DNA of 64,000 bases from Candidatus Binatia bacterium. Lineage in GTDB: Bacteria > Desulfobacterota > Binatia > HRBIN30 > CADEER01. The position numbers and the translations under genes are program-made. Shown here in pieces: positions 59,678-64,000 of the stretch. Within the stretch, counting starts at the first letter, position 1; each line of letters begins with the position of its first letter. Under the pieces are notes generated by a model. That model made no database searches. It worked only from the letters and a program-made list of their open reading frames with translations, and was not told the DNA's origin. The stretch spans positions 191-64,190 of the forward strand of contig JBFXHX010000024.1 in assembly GCA_050176585.1 (NCBI GenBank), in the 5' to 3' direction.

Positions 59678-60928
59678 ATGAAGCACTTGGCATCAGTGAA
59701 GGGACTGTCGCTCGTGTTGTTCGTAGCCGTATTGAGCTCAGGAGGCGGCGCAGCGCTTGCCTGGACGGCGCCGAACCCCGAAGCCGAACGCAACGCGAGC
59801 CAAAAAGTGGGATCGGATTACAACCAGATGATCAACGGAAAGCCGTACAAGATTTCACCGGGCAGCAAAGCCGGCAGCTACAACGTGAGCTGGGGCGACG
59901 AGAGCTTCGTATGGGAGCCGAAGCCCTGGCAGCACAAGCAGTACCAGGCCGAAGGCCCTGCCGTGTACGACCGGTGGATCCAGCCGGGTCTCCCGTACCC
60001 TTGGGACAGTACGCTCGACGAGCGGTTCAATATGTCGGGGCGGGACGTGCACTCAATCGTGTACACCTCCGTCTACTTCAACGAGTTCGGCACCAACTTC
60101 ATCACGCGGTGGGCAATCGATCTCACCTCCCCGGACGGCGTCGAGCGCAACAAGGAGCTTTTCGAATGGGCGGTCGCCTATCGGCGCGACCCCACTGGCC
60201 TCGCGGCGGACCAGGTCGGCAAGGTGACGGTGCGCTACATGTTCACCTTCATCGCCCCGGACGACTACCGCGGCCTCGGCATGTCGACGACGATCTACAA
60301 AGGCGACAAGCAGAACGAGGAGTTCCTATACACGCCGTCCAGCCGCAAAGTGCGCCGCCTGCCGCAAGGCGCCCGCCAGGACCTGATCCCGGGCACGATC
60401 GCACGGTGGGAGGACTTCCCGCAGGTGAAGCCGTTCGAGGACATCGACTACACGATCGTCGGCACCACTCTGTACAAAGGTCAGCCCGACGGCACGTTCG
60501 GCTTCACGGTGAATACGAAGGGCGAGCAGGTCGGCACCGGGATGGACGGCGTCGGCGAACCCTGCGTGATCATGGAGCTCACCCCCAAGGGCTCGTACTG
60601 GTACGCGAAACAGCGCCGCATCATCGGCTTGAAGTCGATGAACAGCTGGTACGAGGAAGCCTACGACACCAAGGGCGAGATCATCCGCCATCGCGTGAAC
60701 CGGCGCGCGATCGCGAAGGGGGATCCGCGCCTGCAGAACGACTACGCCGGGCTCGAGCCCTGGCAGATCATCTGGGGGCAGGAATACTTCTGGGAGCCGA
60801 AGTCAGGCTTTCGGATGGCCTGGTACATGATCGACTTCTGGATCAACTACAACGAGATGCCGCGCGACATCGTCAATGTGGAGAACCTTCAGAAAGAGCC
60901 GGTGCGCAGGATCCTGTTCTGGCAGTAA
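59678..60928 (+). CDS. Secreted protein of unknown function (416 aa) inside the meta-cleavage cluster
   Basis: AAGGAGG RBS. Signal peptide MKHLASVKGLSLVLFVAVLSSGGGAALA. Trp/Tyr-rich. No motif I recognise; a DUF1329/LolA-like fold is only a guess. Confidence 0.6.
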   Translation: MKHLASVKGLSLVLFVAVLSSGGGAALAWTAPNPEAERNASQKVGSDYNQMINGKPYKISPGSKAGSYNVSWGDESFVWEPKPWQHKQYQAEGPAVYDRWIQPGLPYPWDSTLDERFNMSGRDVHSIVYTSVYFNEFGTNFITRWAIDLTSPDGVERNKELFEWAVAYRRDPTGLAADQVGKVTVRYMFTFIAPDDYRGLGMSTTIYKGDKQNEEFLYTPSSRKVRRLPQGARQDLIPGTIARWEDFPQVKPFEDIDYTIVGTTLYKGQPDGTFGFTVNTKGEQVGTGMDGVGEPCVIMELTPKGSYWYAKQRRIIGLKSMNSWYEEAYDTKGEIIRHRVNRRAIAKGDPRLQNDYAGLEPWQIIWGQEYFWEPKSGFRMAWYMIDFWINYNEMPRDIVNVENLQKEPVRRILFWQ

Positions 60929-61123
60929 CCCGACCTGGGCGCCGCGCTGCGGGCGCGCGCCCGGACAGCGCCAACCCGCAAGAGCCCGCTCGGCACCGGT
61001 GGTCTCGCCAGACCATCGGTGCCGCGGCACGGCTGCTTTGAACAACGCAAACGCGTTGCCGCTCCGCCGACCTGCGGTAGCTCTGGGTTCCGACCGACGG
61101 TACGCCGGTCGGACGCGCACACG

Positions 61124-62596
61124 TCACAATTTCACGCAGACGTTGGTCGGCTCGGAGTAGAAGCGCAGCGCGTCCATTCCGCCCTCGCGGCCGATCCCGG
61201 ACAGCTTGGCGCCGCCGAAGGGCGTGCGCAGGTCGCGCAAAAACCAGCAGTTGACCCACGCCAAACCGCAGTCCATCTGCTGCGCCACCCGATGACCGCG
61301 CGAAATGTCGCGCGTCCACACCGTCGAGGCCAGACCGTAGCGGGTATCGTTCGCGAGCGCGATCGCCTCGTCTTCGGTGTCGAATGGCGTGACGTGGCAC
61401 ACGGGCCCGAAGATCTCCTCCCGGGCGGAGCGGGCCGATTCCGCGAGGCCCGTCCAGATCGTCGGCTGCACGAAAGCGCCGCGGTCGCGCTCGTCGCCGA
61501 ATTCGGGCACACCGCCGCCGGTGATCACCGCGGCGCCCTCGCGGCGGGCGAGGTCATAATACGAGAGCACCTTTTCCCGGTGCTGTCGTGAAATGAGCGG
61601 GCCCGTGGTGGTCTCCGGATCTTCCGGCCGACCGAGGCGCATCCCCTCGGCTTTGGCCTTCAGCGCGGTCACGAATCGCTCAAAAATCGGGCGCTCGACA
61701 TACACGCGCTCGGTGGAGAGGCACACCTGACCGCAGTTGTCGAACACCGAGCTCACCGTCCCGGCGAGCGCCGCGTCGAAGTCGGTATCGGCGAAGATGA
61801 GCGCCGGATTCTTCCCGCCCAGCTCGAACGAGATCGGTTTGACGGTCGGCGCGACGGCCTTCATGATCGCCGCGCCGGTGGCGGACTCGCCGGTGAAAGT
61901 GATCCCGTCGACATCCGGATGCGTGGTGATGAACTCGCCCGCCGAACTCGGCCCGAAGCCGTGCACGAGGTTGAACACACCTTCGGGTATCCCGACCTCC
62001 TGCATCACTTCGGCGAGCAGGGTCGCCGTCGACGGCGTCTCTTCGGACGGCTTCACCACCACGGTATTGCCACACGCCAGCGCGGGCGCGACCTTCCAAG
62101 TCAGCAACAGCAACGGCAGATTCCAGGGCGCGATGACCCCGACCACGCCCAGCGGTTTCCGCATTGCGTAGTTCACCGCGCCGCGGCCATCGGCGGTGTC
62201 CATATGATACGAGTCCATGCCGGCGCCGCGCACGAGATCCGCGAACACACGAAAGTTCGCCGCGCCGCGCGGAATGTCGAGCCGCCGGGCGAGACTGACG
62301 GGTTTGCCGGTATCCGCGACTTCCGCGGCGAGGAAATCCTCGAAGCGCCGCTCGATCCCATCCGCAACCTTGTGCAGCAGCGCGGCGCGGTCCGCGATGG
62401 ACAGGCGCCGCCAGGAGCCGCGTAGCGCCCTCCGCGCCGCTTGTACGGCGCGGTCCACCAGCGCCGCATCGGCTTCGTGCACCACCGCTATCGTGCGGCC
62501 ATCGACCGGGCTGACCTTCGCGAACTGCTGGTCGGTGGCCACGAACTCGCCGCCCACGAAGTTCTTGCGCTCAGTCGGGTTCGCCTGCGGTGCCAT
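61124..62596 (-). CDS. 2-aminomuconic/2-hydroxymuconic semialdehyde dehydrogenase (AmnC/DmpC/XylG-like ALDH)
   Basis: 490 aa. ALDH motifs [18 protein letters not shown]. Catalytic Cys in [17 protein letters not shown]-binding FTGESATG. Confidence 0.85.
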   Translation of the reverse strand: MAPQANPTERKNFVGGEFVATDQQFAKVSPVDGRTIAVVHEADAALVDRAVQAARRALRGSWRRLSIADRAALLHKVADGIERRFEDFLAAEVADTGKPVSLARRLDIPRGAANFRVFADLVRGAGMDSYHMDTADGRGAVNYAMRKPLGVVGVIAPWNLPLLLLTWKVAPALACGNTVVVKPSEETPSTATLLAEVMQEVGIPEGVFNLVHGFGPSSAGEFITTHPDVDGITFTGESATGAAIMKAVAPTVKPISFELGGKNPALIFADTDFDAALAGTVSSVFDNCGQVCLSTERVYVERPIFERFVTALKAKAEGMRLGRPEDPETTTGPLISRQHREKVLSYYDLARREGAAVITGGGVPEFGDERDRGAFVQPTIWTGLAESARSAREEIFGPVCHVTPFDTEDEAIALANDTRYGLASTVWTRDISRGHRVAQQMDCGLAWVNCWFLRDLRTPFGGAKLSGIGREGGMDALRFYSEPTNVCVKL

Positions 62597-62866
62597 CTTG
62601 AGTGCTTGCGCCGGTGGAGGAGCTCACGCGGCTTCCGCGTGATGGTGCTAACTACCGCGCGATTCGTGCGAGCGTCAACTCGTCGCTCCCGTGGGTGCGC
62701 GCCCGCGAATCCGCCGTGCGGCGTGCGCGCGCGCCGCGGTGTGCTCGGGATGCGTGCCGAGAGCGCGCCCGAACGGCGGCGCCGCGCAGCGGTCGAATCC
62801 GCTCGGCGGGCTGCGGCTGTACACGCCCCGCCGGAGTCGTATACAGACGTGGCCACGGAATCCGGG

Positions 62867-63664
62867 ATGCCCGCCGCTCTGAACTCCTCGCTGAACGCCG
62901 AGCTCGCCGAGCGCTTGCGCAACGCCTACAGCACGCGCCAGCCGATCGCGCCAATTCGCGACGAGCTGCCCGCGGGCGATGCCGCCGCCGCCTACGCGGT
63001 GCAGAAGATCAACACCGACCACTGGTTGGCGCAGGGTCGCCGGCTCGTCGGCCGCAAGGTCGGGCTCACGTCCAAGGCCGTCCAGAAGCAGTTGGGTGTC
63101 GATCAGCCGGATTTCGGGATGTTGTTTGCCGACATGGCACTCGGCGACGGCGAGGAAGTCTCGCTTGCGCGCGTGATGCAGGCCAAAGCGGAAGCGGAGA
63201 TCGCGCTCGTGCTGGAGCGCGACCTCATGCAGGAGAATCCCACCCTCAGCGAAGTGATCTCGGCGATCGCATACGCGGTGCCGGCTATCGAGATCGTCGG
63301 CAGCCGCATCGAGAATTGGAATATCCGGCTCACCGATACGATCGCGGACAACGCGTCCTCCGGCTTGTTCGTGCTCGGCGCGCAGCCGGTCACGCTCGCC
63401 GGGCTCGATCTGCGGCTGTGCGGAATGGTGATGGAGCGACGCGGCGAACAGGTGTCCGTCGGAGCGGGCGCCGCGTGTCTCGGCAACCCGCTGAACGCCG
63501 CGGCGTGGCTAGCGCGAACGATGGTACAAGTCGGCTCGCCGCTCAAAGCGGGCGACGTCATTATGACCGGCGCGCTCGGCCCCATGGTAGCGGCGGCGGC
63601 GGGCGACGTCTTCGTCGCGAGCATCTCGGGCCTGGGAGCGGTGCGCGCGGCGTTCGCCGCCTGA
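62867..63664 (+). CDS. 2-oxopent-4-enoate hydratase / 4-oxalocrotonate decarboxylase family protein (MhpD/AmnF/AmnE-like)
   Basis: ~265 aa from the ATG at 62867 (weak SD). FAH/MhpD-family blocks [42 protein letters not shown]. Confidence 0.75.
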   Translation: MPAALNSSLNAELAERLRNAYSTRQPIAPIRDELPAGDAAAAYAVQKINTDHWLAQGRRLVGRKVGLTSKAVQKQLGVDQPDFGMLFADMALGDGEEVSLARVMQAKAEAEIALVLERDLMQENPTLSEVISAIAYAVPAIEIVGSRIENWNIRLTDTIADNASSGLFVLGAQPVTLAGLDLRLCGMVMERRGEQVSVGAGAACLGNPLNAAAWLARTMVQVGSPLKAGDVIMTGALGPMVAAAAGDVFVASISGLGAVRAAFAA

Positions 63665-63675
63665 AACGTGCAGTG

Positions 63676-64000
63676 ATGCCCGACATCGAAGCGCTCGCCG
63701 CGCTGCTCGACGATGCGGCGCAGCGCGGCACGGCGGTTCCGCAGCTGTCCGCCACGACGCCGCTCTCGCTCGCGGACGCGTACGCGATACAGCACGCCAA
63801 CGTGGGCCGCCGGCTGGCGCGCGGCGAGCGGCTGGTCGGCATCAAAATGGGGCTGACGAGTCGCGCCAAGGCGCTGCAGATGGGCGTGAGCGATCTCATC
63901 TTCGGCCGACTCACCGACCGCATGATCATCGAGGATGGCGGCGCGCTCGACTGTGGGCGCTACGCCCACCCCCGCGTCGAACCAGAGCTCGCGTTTCTCC
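63676..64000 (+). CDS. Second MhpD/AmnE-family hydratase/decarboxylase paralog (5' part; runs off window)
   Basis: ATG at ~63676, 12 nt after the previous stop. Same family blocks (GRRLARGERLVGIKMGLTSRAKALQMGVSDLIFG). Confidence 0.6.
   Translation, partial: MPDIEALAALLDDAAQRGTAVPQLSATTPLSLADAYAIQHANVGRRLARGERLVGIKMGLTSRAKALQMGVSDLIFGRLTDRMIIEDGGALDCGRYAHPRVEPELAFL

Overview
High-GC (~70%) bacterial chromosomal window, densely coding, with frequent GTG/TTG starts and GGAGG-type ribosome-binding sites. No rRNA, tRNA, CRISPR array, transposase or integrase was recognised.

The window divides into three parts:
- 1-9.2 kb: the 5' end of a secreted Cys-rich protein whose body is built from Thr/Pro/Ala-rich tandem repeats (gene runs off the window), an ~800-bp non-coding stretch with AT-rich islands, three small exported or Fe-S proteins including a CDGSH protein, and the core TCA operon sucA-sucB-lpd.
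- 9.2-28 kb: housekeeping and envelope genes. These include a 1-Cys peroxiredoxin, aminopeptidase P, an SPFH protein, an orphan multi-domain histidine kinase, a Ccr-like reductase, a LysM L,D-transpeptidase, and a same-strand array mgtE / metallophosphoesterase / sensorless histidine kinase / folP / small membrane methyltransferase / IMPase, followed by cysE, an acyl-CoA dehydrogenase and a thioesterase.
- 28-64 kb: a ~36-kb catabolic super-cluster with no regulator or transporter gene.

The catabolic super-cluster contains, in order:
- (a) isochorismatase-like hydrolase, amidase, MetE-like Zn protein, hydantoinase/oxoprolinase-like protein, DUF917 protein and a small barrel-like protein;
- (b) four luciferase-like (LLM) flavin/F420-type oxidoreductases, two of them tandem paralogs;
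- (c) a minus-strand operon beta-ureidopropionase / dihydropyrimidinase / mmsA / LLM oxidoreductase / class-III aminotransferase / TRZ-ATZ amidohydrolase. This holds every step of reductive pyrimidine plus beta-alanine catabolism except a canonical dihydropyrimidine dehydrogenase;
- (d) a divergent plus-strand array LLM / second beta-ureidopropionase / orphan molybdenum-hydroxylase large subunit / MBL hydrolase / amidohydrolase / Rieske oxygenase alpha subunit;
- (e) a complete 2-aminophenol-type meta-cleavage pathway.

The meta-cleavage pathway in (e) comprises:
- a RidA-family deaminase;
- a two-subunit LigB-type extradiol dioxygenase;
- a semialdehyde dehydrogenase;
- two hydratase/decarboxylase paralogs;
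- DmpF and DmpG;
- an embedded secreted protein of unknown function.

The most interesting hypothesis is that an LLM-family oxidoreductase replaces PydA in a reductive pyrimidine / N-heterocycle pathway that is physically coupled to an aminophenol-type ring-cleavage pathway.
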